Shown piece after piece: positions 9,674-17,425 of a DNA stretch of 64,000 nucleotides. A program made the position numbers and the translations under genes. The stretch is from an uncultured Methanosarcinales archaeon (lineage in GTDB: Archaea > Nanobdellota > Nanobdellia > Woesearchaeales > GW2011-AR9): the NCBI GenBank assembly GCA_964632045.1, contig CAZWBB010000004.1, positions 18,615-82,614 on the forward strand. Direction: 5' to 3'. The notes below the pieces were generated by a model that was not told the origin of the DNA, searched no databases, and saw nothing but the letters and a program-made list of their open reading frames with translations. Position 1 is the stretch's first letter. Every line of letters begins with the position of its first letter.

Positions 9674-10447
9674 GTGAATATGAAACCTCTTAATCAAGAG
9701 ATTATCGATGGGTGGGTCGTGCTTTTGCAGGAAGCTAGCTATGCTGGGTCCAAGAAAAAACAGATAAGAGAAGGTTATGAGCAACGTTTCGGTGAAGAAA
9801 ACTGGTCGAAAGGACATTATTATGACGAAAAGATCCTCTCCCGTGATGAAACCTATTCTGTCTATGAGGACGGCTACTTCCATTTTCTGAATGACAATCA
9901 GGACATCCTAGAATGGCTTGTAACAACTGCATGTGAAGTTTATGACATCGCTCCCTCCAATGTAGATTCCGGTTTGGATTATTCCGTCCAGGAATGCAAA
10001 GCTACTCACTTACAGGATATTTCAGTGAGAAGAGTAATGAAGCGCTTGGGAAAAGAGTTCCAGGGTGATCATCTGGTGCAGATAAGAGGTCATACTTCTG
10101 AAGGTTACATCCTGAATCCAGGGAAAGTCCCTTTTCACAAACCAGAACTGATACTTCATTCAGACAGGAAGAGCTGGTGGGATAAGGATTCAATAGAAGA
10201 TTTCTATCAGTCCAACAAAGCTCTTTTAGTCAATCCGGAAGTGCTGTCCCTAAGGCCTGTGATTCGGTGTCCTGATGGAGATACTATTTACAGCTACGAT
10301 AAACGAACGTATTATCGCATCTCTGAAGAGCAACCTAGGTTGTTGTGGATAATCAAAGGCAAGAAAGCGCGTCGGCTTCTGCATGAGGATAAGAGGTATA
10401 AGAGATTGCGTGGTGAGGAAAGGAAAGCATATTCTTGTTCTTTGTGA
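9674..10447 (+). CDS. Hypothetical protein (257 aa)
   Basis: Long ORF; no recognisable motif. Confidence 0.45.
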   Translation: MNMKPLNQEIIDGWVVLLQEASYAGSKKKQIREGYEQRFGEENWSKGHYYDEKILSRDETYSVYEDGYFHFLNDNQDILEWLVTTACEVYDIAPSNVDSGLDYSVQECKATHLQDISVRRVMKRLGKEFQGDHLVQIRGHTSEGYILNPGKVPFHKPELILHSDRKSWWDKDSIEDFYQSNKALLVNPEVLSLRPVIRCPDGDTIYSYDKRTYYRISEEQPRLLWIIKGKKARRLLHEDKRYKRLRGEERKAYSCSL

Positions 10448-10454
10448 TTTATGA

Positions 10455-10525
10455 TGACATACCCCGTCGCTCCCGCAGCAAAGCGAGGATTCAAAACGCA
10501 TGGTCGTTTTGTAAGTGGCGGGGTT
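10455..10525 (+). ncRNA. Candidate structured RNA, copy A. A 9-bp closing stem (10461-10469 paired with 10514-10522) encloses two hairpins.
   Basis: Closing stem CCCCGUCGC/GUGGCGGGG. Hairpin 1 is UCCCGC-AGCAAA-GCGAGGA with a bulged A. Hairpin 2 is AAAACG-CAUGGU-CGUUUU. The G-U pairs occur only on this strand. Confidence 0.4.
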
Positions 10526-10569
10526 GGCAGCATGACCAAAAACAGCACCGCAAAATGGTGGCGTTGTAT

Positions 10570-10640
10570 CGTCATACCCCATTGCTTCCGCAACGGAGTG
10601 AGGATTGAAAACGCGTAGTCGTTTTGTAAGCGGTGGGGTT
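10570..10640 (+). ncRNA. Candidate structured RNA, copy B (tandem paralog of copy A, 115-bp period)
   Basis: Same three helices as copy A with compensatory changes. The closing stem is CCCCAUUGC/GCGGUGGGG (G-C becomes A-U, plus wobble swaps). Hairpin 1 is UUCCGC...GUGAGGA (C-G becomes U-G, G-C becomes G-U). The loop sequences differ. Confidence 0.4.
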
Positions 10641-10763
10641 TTTGATTTTACACATAGGGTGTGCTTTAGAATATTCTGATCATTGCTAAACAGAAAAAAT
10701 AAAACCGAAAGAATTTAAAAGAGATCATCCTCCAACCATAAAAAATCAGACGAGGTCATTATC

Positions 10764-12227
10764 ATGGAACCAAAAATGGGACCACCATCAGAACTGAAGA
10801 AGATTAGCAATACCATCTGGGAGCTACCAACAACTTTCAAAAATGGGATGAGAGTTCCTGGAAGAGTCATAGCAACCGAAGAACTGATCCAATCGATGGA
10901 TGCAGGAGTATTCCAACAACTGAGCAACGTCGCAACCTTGCCGGGAATCCAGAAGTATGCATACTGTATGCCCGACGGTCATTGGGGCTACGGATTTCCC
11001 ATCGGAGGAGTGGCTGCTTTTGACATCAATCAAGGGGGAGTGATCTCACCTGGAGGAGTTGGATTTGATATAAATTGCGGCATCCGTATGATGACTACCA
11101 ACCTTTCAGTGGATGAAGTCAGGCCACGGATCAAAGAAATTGTTGATGCTCTTTATATGAAAGTTCCCGCGGGAGTAGGCTGCAAAGGTTTCGTACAGAT
11201 GGACAGGGAAGAATTCAAAGAAGTATTGAGAGATGGCGGAGCTTGGTGTCTGAAGAAAGGATATGCTACGGAGCATGATGTTGCTCATATCGAGGATAAA
11301 GGGAAGATTCCTGGAGCTGATCCCAGTAAAGTATCTGACAAAGCTATCAGCAGGGGATTCAGGCAAGTGGGCACTCTAGGCAGCGGGAATCATTTCCTGG
11401 AGATACAGCAGGTCAAAGAAGAGAACATTCATGACAAAGAACTTGCTGCAAAGATGGGCATTACTGGAGAAGGGCAGGTTGTGATCATGGTGCACTGCGG
11501 TAGCAGGGGATTAGGTCATCAGATAGGAACAGATTATCTACGCAGGTTCCTTGATGTGATGCCAAAATATGGGATCAGTATCCTGGACCGAGAGTTGGCC
11601 TGTGCCCCTTTTAATTCTCCAGAAGGCAAGGATTACTACGGTGCTATGGCCTGCGCCGCTAACATGGCCTTCGTCAACCGACAGGTGATCACTCATCGCA
11701 TCAGAGAAGTACTGAACCGCTTGTTTGATAAAGAAGTAGAAGTAAAGCTTGTCTATGACGTCTGCCACAACATCGCTAAGGTAGAGAAACACATCATCGA
11801 TGGGGAGGAAAAGGAATTGATCGTCCATCGTAAAGGTGCAACCCGCGCCTTCGGCCCATCTCGAGCAGACGACCTTCCTGAAGATTTCAAAGAGATCGGC
11901 CAACCAGTAATCATCGGTGGCTCCATGGAGACCGGTTCCTGGCTGCTGGTAGGGACGGACGGAGCAGAAGAGACTTTCGCTTCTACAGCACACGGAGCAG
12001 GAAGAGTGATGAGCCGCATGGCAGCGAAAAAGAAGTACCAGGGAGAAGAGCTGCAGAAAGACATGGAGAAGAGAGGGATCTACGTGCATGGTGTTACGAT
12101 GAAAGGTCTGGCTGAAGAAGCAGGTGGGGCATACAAAGATGTTGACATGGTCATCGATTCTCTGGCTAAAGCAGGTATCACTAAACCGGTTGTTGCACTG
12201 AAACCGATCGGGAATGTTAAGGGATGA
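10764..12227 (+). CDS. rtcB: RNA-splicing ligase RtcB (tRNA-splicing ligase)
   Basis: 487 aa. The N-terminus and the GVGFDINCGIR, HCGSRGLGHQIG and HGAGR motifs are typical of RtcB. Confidence 0.9.
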   Translation: MEPKMGPPSELKKISNTIWELPTTFKNGMRVPGRVIATEELIQSMDAGVFQQLSNVATLPGIQKYAYCMPDGHWGYGFPIGGVAAFDINQGGVISPGGVGFDINCGIRMMTTNLSVDEVRPRIKEIVDALYMKVPAGVGCKGFVQMDREEFKEVLRDGGAWCLKKGYATEHDVAHIEDKGKIPGADPSKVSDKAISRGFRQVGTLGSGNHFLEIQQVKEENIHDKELAAKMGITGEGQVVIMVHCGSRGLGHQIGTDYLRRFLDVMPKYGISILDRELACAPFNSPEGKDYYGAMACAANMAFVNRQVITHRIREVLNRLFDKEVEVKLVYDVCHNIAKVEKHIIDGEEKELIVHRKGATRAFGPSRADDLPEDFKEIGQPVIIGGSMETGSWLLVGTDGAEETFASTAHGAGRVMSRMAAKKKYQGEELQKDMEKRGIYVHGVTMKGLAEEAGGAYKDVDMVIDSLAKAGITKPVVALKPIGNVKG

Positions 12228-12244
12228 ATAGACGTTGTGGGATT

Positions 12245-12262
12245 CTACTTTTTTTTTCTTAT
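12245..12262 (+). terminator. Oligo-T tract (T9 at 12249-12257), an archaeal-type terminator 3' of rtcB
   Basis: ctaCTTTTTTTTTCTTatt lies 20 nt after the stop codon. Confidence 0.4.
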
Positions 12263-12375
12263 TAACAAAAACATAATTATTTCTCCCATAAGCAGCTCTA
12301 CTGGAGCTTGGCGGGTGTTGCAGATTTCCAATTCATACCAATAATAGTACGAAATGAGATACATTTATATAACAA

Positions 12376-12413
12376 ATACCATTTTTAGGATGAACTAAAA
12401 CCAAAAATGGTAT
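12376..12413. promoter_or_regulatory. Perfect 11-bp inverted repeat ATACCATTTTT-N16-AAAAATGGTAT upstream of the HTH-nucleotidyltransferase gene. It is a possible operator site or RNA hairpin.
   Basis: Read directly from the sequence. The downstream arm contains the ATG of a 32-codon micro-ORF (12407-12505). Confidence 0.35.
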
Positions 12414-12461
12414 CATACGAAGACCTCTTACAAATGCAGTTGATAAAGAGACTGGAAAAAG

Positions 12462-12713
12462 TTGAGAAAGAGAATTCTAACTTTGTTGGAGGAGGCGAGA
12501 AATGAATATATTTCTTTCACAGTATTGAAGAAGAGGAAGGAAGAGACCCTTCCAATGATACTTAAACAAAGCGCAGACAAAAGAAAGCGATACACATACT
12601 ATTCACAGGAAAGGGATCTACCAAAGGATGATGAGCAGTTGAGTGAAGCGAAAGTATTTTTGGAGTGTGTAGTTAAGCCTTTCTTATCAATAATGGAGAA
12701 ACTAAAGTGTTGA
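12462..12713 (+). CDS. Hypothetical small protein (TTG start, 83 aa; or only 52 aa if it starts at the internal ATG at 12555). Doubtful gene.
   Basis: ORF only. Overlaps the next gene by 7 nt. Confidence 0.2.
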   Translation: MRKRILTLLEEARNEYISFTVLKKRKEETLPMILKQSADKRKRYTYYSQERDLPKDDEQLSEAKVFLECVVKPFLSIMEKLKC

Positions 12714-13291
12714 TAGAACCAATACTTGGATACAAATCCACTTGGAGAATATTAAGCTTGCTGTTGGAAACACCCAGGAAGCTGGTGAGCAGAAAGGAGC
12801 TTTTTGAATTTACACACCTGGGAAATGAACCTTTAAGTAGAGGTCTGAGTAGGCTGGTCAAAGCAGGATTTCTGATTAGGGAAAAGAATGGTAGAAAAGA
12901 GTTTTACTATGTAAATATTGCAAATGACTACATGGTATTGGCGAAAGAGTTGTGGGAGAAGGAGAGGAGAAGAACCAGGAATCTGGATTATGAAATAAAA
13001 CTGATTGTTTCTGAGTTTGTGCGAATAGTATTGGAATTTCCAGATATTAGAAAAGTAATTTTGTTTGGTTCTCATGCAAAAGGAACCGCTTCTGTAAGAT
13101 CGGACATTGATTTGGCAGTAATCTTTGCTGATGAAAAGAGGGAAGAAACAGAGATTACGAGAATTGTGAAAATCTTGGAAGAGAAATTCAATAAGGAAAT
13201 ACAGGTGCACAGTTTAACTGAGAAGAGTTTTGTCGGAAAAAGTAAGTTGGTTGCCGAGATTAGGAAGGAAGGGATTGTGTTGTTGGGTTAA
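12707..13291 (+). CDS. Winged-helix DNA-binding domain fused to a minimal nucleotidyltransferase (pol-beta superfamily) domain
   Basis: N-terminal transcription-regulator-like HTH (ILSLLLETPRKLVSRKELFEFTHLG...LSRLVKAGFLIREKNGRKEFY). The GSHAKGTASVRSDIDLAV segment matches the GS-x9-13-DxD nucleotidyltransferase signature. Confidence 0.6.
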   Translation: MLIEPILGYKSTWRILSLLLETPRKLVSRKELFEFTHLGNEPLSRGLSRLVKAGFLIREKNGRKEFYYVNIANDYMVLAKELWEKERRRTRNLDYEIKLIVSEFVRIVLEFPDIRKVILFGSHAKGTASVRSDIDLAVIFADEKREETEITRIVKILEEKFNKEIQVHSLTEKSFVGKSKLVAEIRKEGIVLLG

Positions 13292-13338
13292 TACATTTTA
13301 TACCACTCGTGGTTGCTGTCAGCAGCTCGCGAACGTTA

Positions 13339-13413
13339 GTGACCTGGCCACCGAGTCGTTTTCGGTAGAGAACTCACGAACGAAGTGACTTGATGTTGAC
13401 CGGTGGTGGTCAC
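13339..13413 (+). other. Long imperfect hairpin (about 75 nt) in the 270-bp intergenic spacer. It is a possible small RNA or regulatory structure.
   Basis: Outer helix GUGACC/GGUCAC and inner helix CCACCG/CGGUGG, separated by a 3-nt/1-nt internal loop. A further inner helix AGUCGUUUU/GAAGUGACU (9 bp with 3 G-U pairs) closes a 19-nt loop. Confidence 0.25.
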
Positions 13414-13532
13414 GTACTTTTGACAGGTTTTGTGTAAGGCACTCCCTCTCTCAAAGAATAATCTTCAATAAGCAGCTCTGCCGTAGCAAGATGTGTCTTC
13501 TATATCTGCCGATGAATCTCTAAAAGCACAAA

Positions 13533-13541
13533 TTTTATAAA
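13533..13541 (+). promoter_or_regulatory. TATA-box-like TTTTATAAA about 26 bp upstream of the ATG at 13563 (leaderless kinase transcript)
   Basis: Spacing fits the archaeal TATA-to-start distance. Confidence 0.3.
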
Positions 13542-13562
13542 CATTTTACTATTTCATAGTAA

Positions 13563-14729
13563 TTGCACCTGATAAAAACAAATAAAATGGCTCCCACCAC
13601 CGCTACTGAAGAGAAAACAGGCCGAGATACTGATCTCAGCAGTGACTGGGCCAGATTCTGCGCAAAGCTGGAGAGGTCGGGAATCTACCACGAGTCATCA
13701 ACAGAAAGATATCAACTCAAAGAAGACTTTTCGAAGGATGGCAGCCTCACTTCAGTTGCCTTGTATGCAGACACGGAAGAAGGGAGAGATGTTATCCTGC
13801 GCCAGATTGATTTCCTTAGGGTAGATCCATCACTTCCGGGAGATGTTCTGGAAGCAAAAGTAAACCAAGCCGATAAACTTTTCAAAAGACAAGCCAAAGT
13901 CCTTCCAAAGATCAAACATTCTAACTTGGCTGATGTAGAAGGTTTCTTTGTAAACGGTGCTGGAGAATTCTATATCAAAAGAGAATATGTAGAAGGGAAG
14001 ACATTGCAGGAACTGCTCGATGAAGGGGTACGCTTTTCTGAACCAGAGGTTAAGAAGATCATGCTTGATATTGCTGCAGGAGTTGCCCAGATACATAAGT
14101 ATCAGACCATTCATAGAGATATCAAACCATCAAATGTAGTCATAAACTGCGATGGGAGAGCAGTTGTAACTGATTTCGACCTATTGAGTGACGGTATCCA
14201 GATGAATGGCGGTTCCACCTGCCTGATGGATGGATTTACTGAAGGTTACACTCCTCCGGAAGCAATAGCCAAAATGTATCTGCCACAATATGATGTATAC
14301 TCGTTGGGAGTATTGGGAATCCACCTGACTACCGGAAGGAGTCCTGTCATCGGCGGAAAGATAAATACTCTTAGAGGAGGATCGCCCTGGTTCAATTTCA
14401 GAAAATATTGCCGCATCTCTGAGGGATTTGCGGGAATTTTGGAGAAGATGGTGGAAGCAGATCATGGTAGTAGGCCTAAGAACATGAAAGCTGTGACTAA
14501 GATGTTAGATGGGGTCGAGAGCAATTATGAAAAAGATTCTCCTAAAGCAGGGAATCCAGGAAAACCATCAATCATAAGTGATGTTATTCGGAGGGTGAAG
14601 GGCATGTTCGCCTTCCCGCCTCCTATTGATCCTCATCCTTTACCGCTAGAGTTATTGGCTACCATACTTGTTAGCTCTGCAGGATTGGTCGGGTTGTTTA
14701 TCAGCATTACTATGCTCCATCTGAGATAG
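13563..14729 (+). CDS. Eukaryotic-type Ser/Thr protein kinase with a C-terminal transmembrane anchor
   Basis: Catalytic loop HRDIKPSNVV, DFD (DFG-like) and a GYTPPE (APE-like) motif. C-terminal hydrophobic segment LATILVSSAGLVGLFISITML. Confidence 0.8.
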   Translation: MHLIKTNKMAPTTATEEKTGRDTDLSSDWARFCAKLERSGIYHESSTERYQLKEDFSKDGSLTSVALYADTEEGRDVILRQIDFLRVDPSLPGDVLEAKVNQADKLFKRQAKVLPKIKHSNLADVEGFFVNGAGEFYIKREYVEGKTLQELLDEGVRFSEPEVKKIMLDIAAGVAQIHKYQTIHRDIKPSNVVINCDGRAVVTDFDLLSDGIQMNGGSTCLMDGFTEGYTPPEAIAKMYLPQYDVYSLGVLGIHLTTGRSPVIGGKINTLRGGSPWFNFRKYCRISEGFAGILEKMVEADHGSRPKNMKAVTKMLDGVESNYEKDSPKAGNPGKPSIISDVIRRVKGMFAFPPPIDPHPLPLELLATILVSSAGLVGLFISITMLHLR

Positions 14730-14740
14730 AGAAAGCTGCA

Positions 14741-15547
14741 GTGGTACAGACAGACACGGGTTTTACCGCCGCGAGTGAGAATGGAATCATGGAATATTCA
14801 TACTCCCCAGAAGATGATACCGGCAAGAAAGATCTATGTAAATATTTGGATGGGAGACACAAGTGGGAAGGCGAGGAATTACCTATGATCTGGGACTATG
14901 GTTGCGATCTACAAGCAGATGGCATACAGTTATGTCGGGACCTTACAGCAGATAATTGCAGCTTAGCCACTCCAGCCGGAGAACTTAGAAGGGAAGGAAT
15001 AATAGTCGAAGGAGGCAAGGTGAAACTAGTGAATTATGAATCACATGAATTGATCGAGGCCAATCTGCTGCTTTATGAGTGGGACTACCATCGCTTTGCA
15101 GTGGATAATGATATCGGAAATGCGGTAAGAAAGTGGAAGGCCGGAAACCTGGCCCGAGGAATCATGGACGATGAGGCTGTAACGATGGGTGAATCCGGTT
15201 TCTTGTTTGAGCTGCCTAAAGATATGTGGATGGAGTATGGTAGACGCTTCTCATACAGCTATTGGCCAGAGGGAAAATCTGTCTGCATGTTGGTGGATAG
15301 GGGTTTAAGCAGCACTCCTCACAGTCCCATAGACCACGGGTGTGATGGTTCAGTAGAAAAAGTAAGCCTAAGTCGGAAATATGATAATACACGATTTGTT
15401 TCTGAAGGAGAACTGGATCCCAAAATGAGAGTGTCTTATGACGCGAGGCTGCAGCAGGTGATGCAGGATTTTCATACTCCGGAGAGGATAGAAGCGTGGA
15501 AAGAGATATTTGGAAAAGAAGACAAAAAAATGATGTCTAAATTGTGA
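14741..15547 (+). CDS. Hypothetical protein (268 aa), probably co-transcribed with the kinase
   Basis: ORF starts 12 nt after the kinase stop codon. Confidence 0.45.
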   Translation: MVQTDTGFTAASENGIMEYSYSPEDDTGKKDLCKYLDGRHKWEGEELPMIWDYGCDLQADGIQLCRDLTADNCSLATPAGELRREGIIVEGGKVKLVNYESHELIEANLLLYEWDYHRFAVDNDIGNAVRKWKAGNLARGIMDDEAVTMGESGFLFELPKDMWMEYGRRFSYSYWPEGKSVCMLVDRGLSSTPHSPIDHGCDGSVEKVSLSRKYDNTRFVSEGELDPKMRVSYDARLQQVMQDFHTPERIEAWKEIFGKEDKKMMSKL

Positions 15548-15576
15548 CAACTTCTAATTTACTTCTGGTTATCAGA

Positions 15577-16002
15577 CTATCCCAGCAGATGAATGTCTAA
15601 CATCAGATTTATCTCGTAAGGCAAGCCCAACTTTCCGGTATTGAAACTGTAGCTGCAGCAGGCACCCCCACCGGTACATGGGTCCATAACTCTGCTCGGT
15701 TCGAATACCCCTCGTTGGGTAACGTTGCCATCAGCTAGTCTCTTACCTGGAGCTGGTCTCAAGACGATCAGACCTGCACCATGTTCCGCATTTAGAACTG
15801 GTTCGTCACACTGTGATTCTTGATAGACTCTTGCTGTTAATGATAGGTCGTGTCCATCAATTACCTTGAATGAGATCGGTAATCTCTCCAGCGTCTCTTC
15901 CAACTGTTCCCTTGACAAACGGGATGCCCCTTCGTCGTATCGTACTATTCTGTATTTATCCATGGTAAATCCTCCACTATTGTTTGCCAAAAACATCAGC
16001 AA
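15577..16002 (-). CDS. Hypothetical protein (141 aa; true start may be the internal MDKYRIV)
   Basis: ORF only. Confidence 0.35.
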   Translation of the reverse strand: MLMFLANNSGGFTMDKYRIVRYDEGASRLSREQLEETLERLPISFKVIDGHDLSLTARVYQESQCDEPVLNAEHGAGLIVLRPAPGKRLADGNVTQRGVFEPSRVMDPCTGGGACCSYSFNTGKLGLPYEINLMLDIHLLG

Positions 16003-16678
16003 CCCAAATTATATCTTTGCAACTTTTTCTTAGTTTCTTACTTTCTGTTTCGTCATCTGCTATGGTCTTCACCATTGAACATTTTTTGGCTACTTCTCTT
16101 GCCCATCTCTCACCCTTGTGATAGTCATGGTATATTATGCCCATTACTCCTCCCACTGCTCTTAAAGTGACATCTCGGGTCCGGGGATGGTTTTCTCTTT
16201 CCAGACCTTTGGTGAGTGTATCCAGAAATAAATCAACTCTTTTCTCATAATCCTGTTCAGTAAGATTAAGATGACCGATGTATGCGCCTACTAGGTGATA
16301 AGCGCTACTCTTTACCAAAGCATGATGCTCATGGTCAACAATAGCTAGGGCCCAATCTAACATTTTCTGATGGTTTGACTTGTCACTGGCAATCTTTGAT
16401 TCAGTTATATTCCTTACCCACCATGCCGGCAAACCTGTTGAATGGGTGAAATATGTATAGGGATCTCTGTTGTATAGATCGGATTCCAGGTAAACCCTTT
16501 CTTCCAGCTCTGCGAAAGGTTCATCTGAAAGGAAGCATAGAAAGTCCTTTGTAGACTTACCTGGGAACACTTCCGCTTCCATGTATTTACGAATATTAAA
16601 AATGCAATCTCCTTTGTTATTTGCTATTACATCAAATATGTCGTAAGGTATCTCAGTCATAAAGAATTCACAGGGCAT
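15977..16678 (-). CDS. Hypothetical protein (233 aa)
   Basis: ORF only. Confidence 0.4.
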   Translation of the reverse strand: MPCEFFMTEIPYDIFDVIANNKGDCIFNIRKYMEAEVFPGKSTKDFLCFLSDEPFAELEERVYLESDLYNRDPYTYFTHSTGLPAWWVRNITESKIASDKSNHQKMLDWALAIVDHEHHALVKSSAYHLVGAYIGHLNLTEQDYEKRVDLFLDTLTKGLERENHPRTRDVTLRAVGGVMGIIYHDYHKGERWAREVAKKCSMVKTIADDETESKKLRKSCKDIIWVADVFGKQ

Positions 16679-16745
16679 CCTGTTTTATAAACTTTTCGCT
16701 ACTTGCGAGGAGATACAGGTATTTGTGAAAAATGGTGTAGAATTC

Positions 16746-17174
16746 CTAAGGCAATTTCCTTACAGCGTTCTTAAACGTCACCAATTCTATCAAGTCTGGA
16801 TGGATGGCGATGACATCCTTAAAAGAAATTATCCCGGTAAGTCTTCCTCCCACTACAACTGGCAGATGTTTGACCTGCTTCTTTCCCATCAGAACGACAG
16901 CTTCATAGATATCCTTATCTGGAAGGACCGAGTGAAGTTTACTTGACATGATCTCCGAAACAGCCGTCATCTCCGGATCGATTCCCTGAGCCACAACTTT
17001 CCTGGCTAGGTCTTGTTCCGTGATAATTCCTATCGGTTCCTCACCTTCCATCACGACGAGACTGCCTATCTTCTTTCTGGCCATGCTCTGAGCTGCCGAG
17101 GTTATATTTTCGGTGCCTTGTATCGCAGATGGTTCGCGGGTCATTACTTCTCCAACTGAATAACCGGTTTTCAT
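16746..17174 (-). CDS. CBS-domain pair protein
   Basis: Two CBS-like segments: VGEVMTREPSAI...GSLVVMEGEEPIGIITEQDL and VSEIMSSKLHSVLPDKDIYEAVVLMGKKQVKHLPVVVGGRLTGIIS. Confidence 0.7.
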   Translation of the reverse strand: MKTGYSVGEVMTREPSAIQGTENITSAAQSMARKKIGSLVVMEGEEPIGIITEQDLARKVVAQGIDPEMTAVSEIMSSKLHSVLPDKDIYEAVVLMGKKQVKHLPVVVGGRLTGIISFKDVIAIHPDLIELVTFKNAVRKLP

Positions 17175-17425
17175 GTTGTAGAAGGAATGAAAATTAATTT
17201 AAATAGTTTCTGGAAGAAGGAGACAAGGAATCGTGTTATTTTGGAGTAGCAAGTATATATGGTCTTTACCTCCCAGGGGGACGGTATTTGTTTTTTTGCT
17301 GCAAAAAATTTATTAAGTTCTATCCTCCATAAGTATTTAGGGGTCATGAAGGAACAATATTTGGAAGATATGTAAAGATACTTTCCCCTTTGAGATAGAA
17401 ACCTCTTATTTACCATCAACTAACA

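Noticed and set aside
10250-10593. Minus-strand ORFs (110 and 93 aa) overlapping the tandem RNA region
   Set aside because: They overlap each other and the structured repeats, are composition-driven, and have no start or ribosome-binding-site context. Most likely spurious.
10449-10645. Possible mini-CRISPR array (two similar roughly 36-75-bp repeats with a spacer)
   Set aside because: Only two units, the repeat copies are about 80% rather than nearly 100% identical, and the differences are compensatory within predicted helices. This points to a structured RNA duplication, not CRISPR repeats. No cas genes are nearby.
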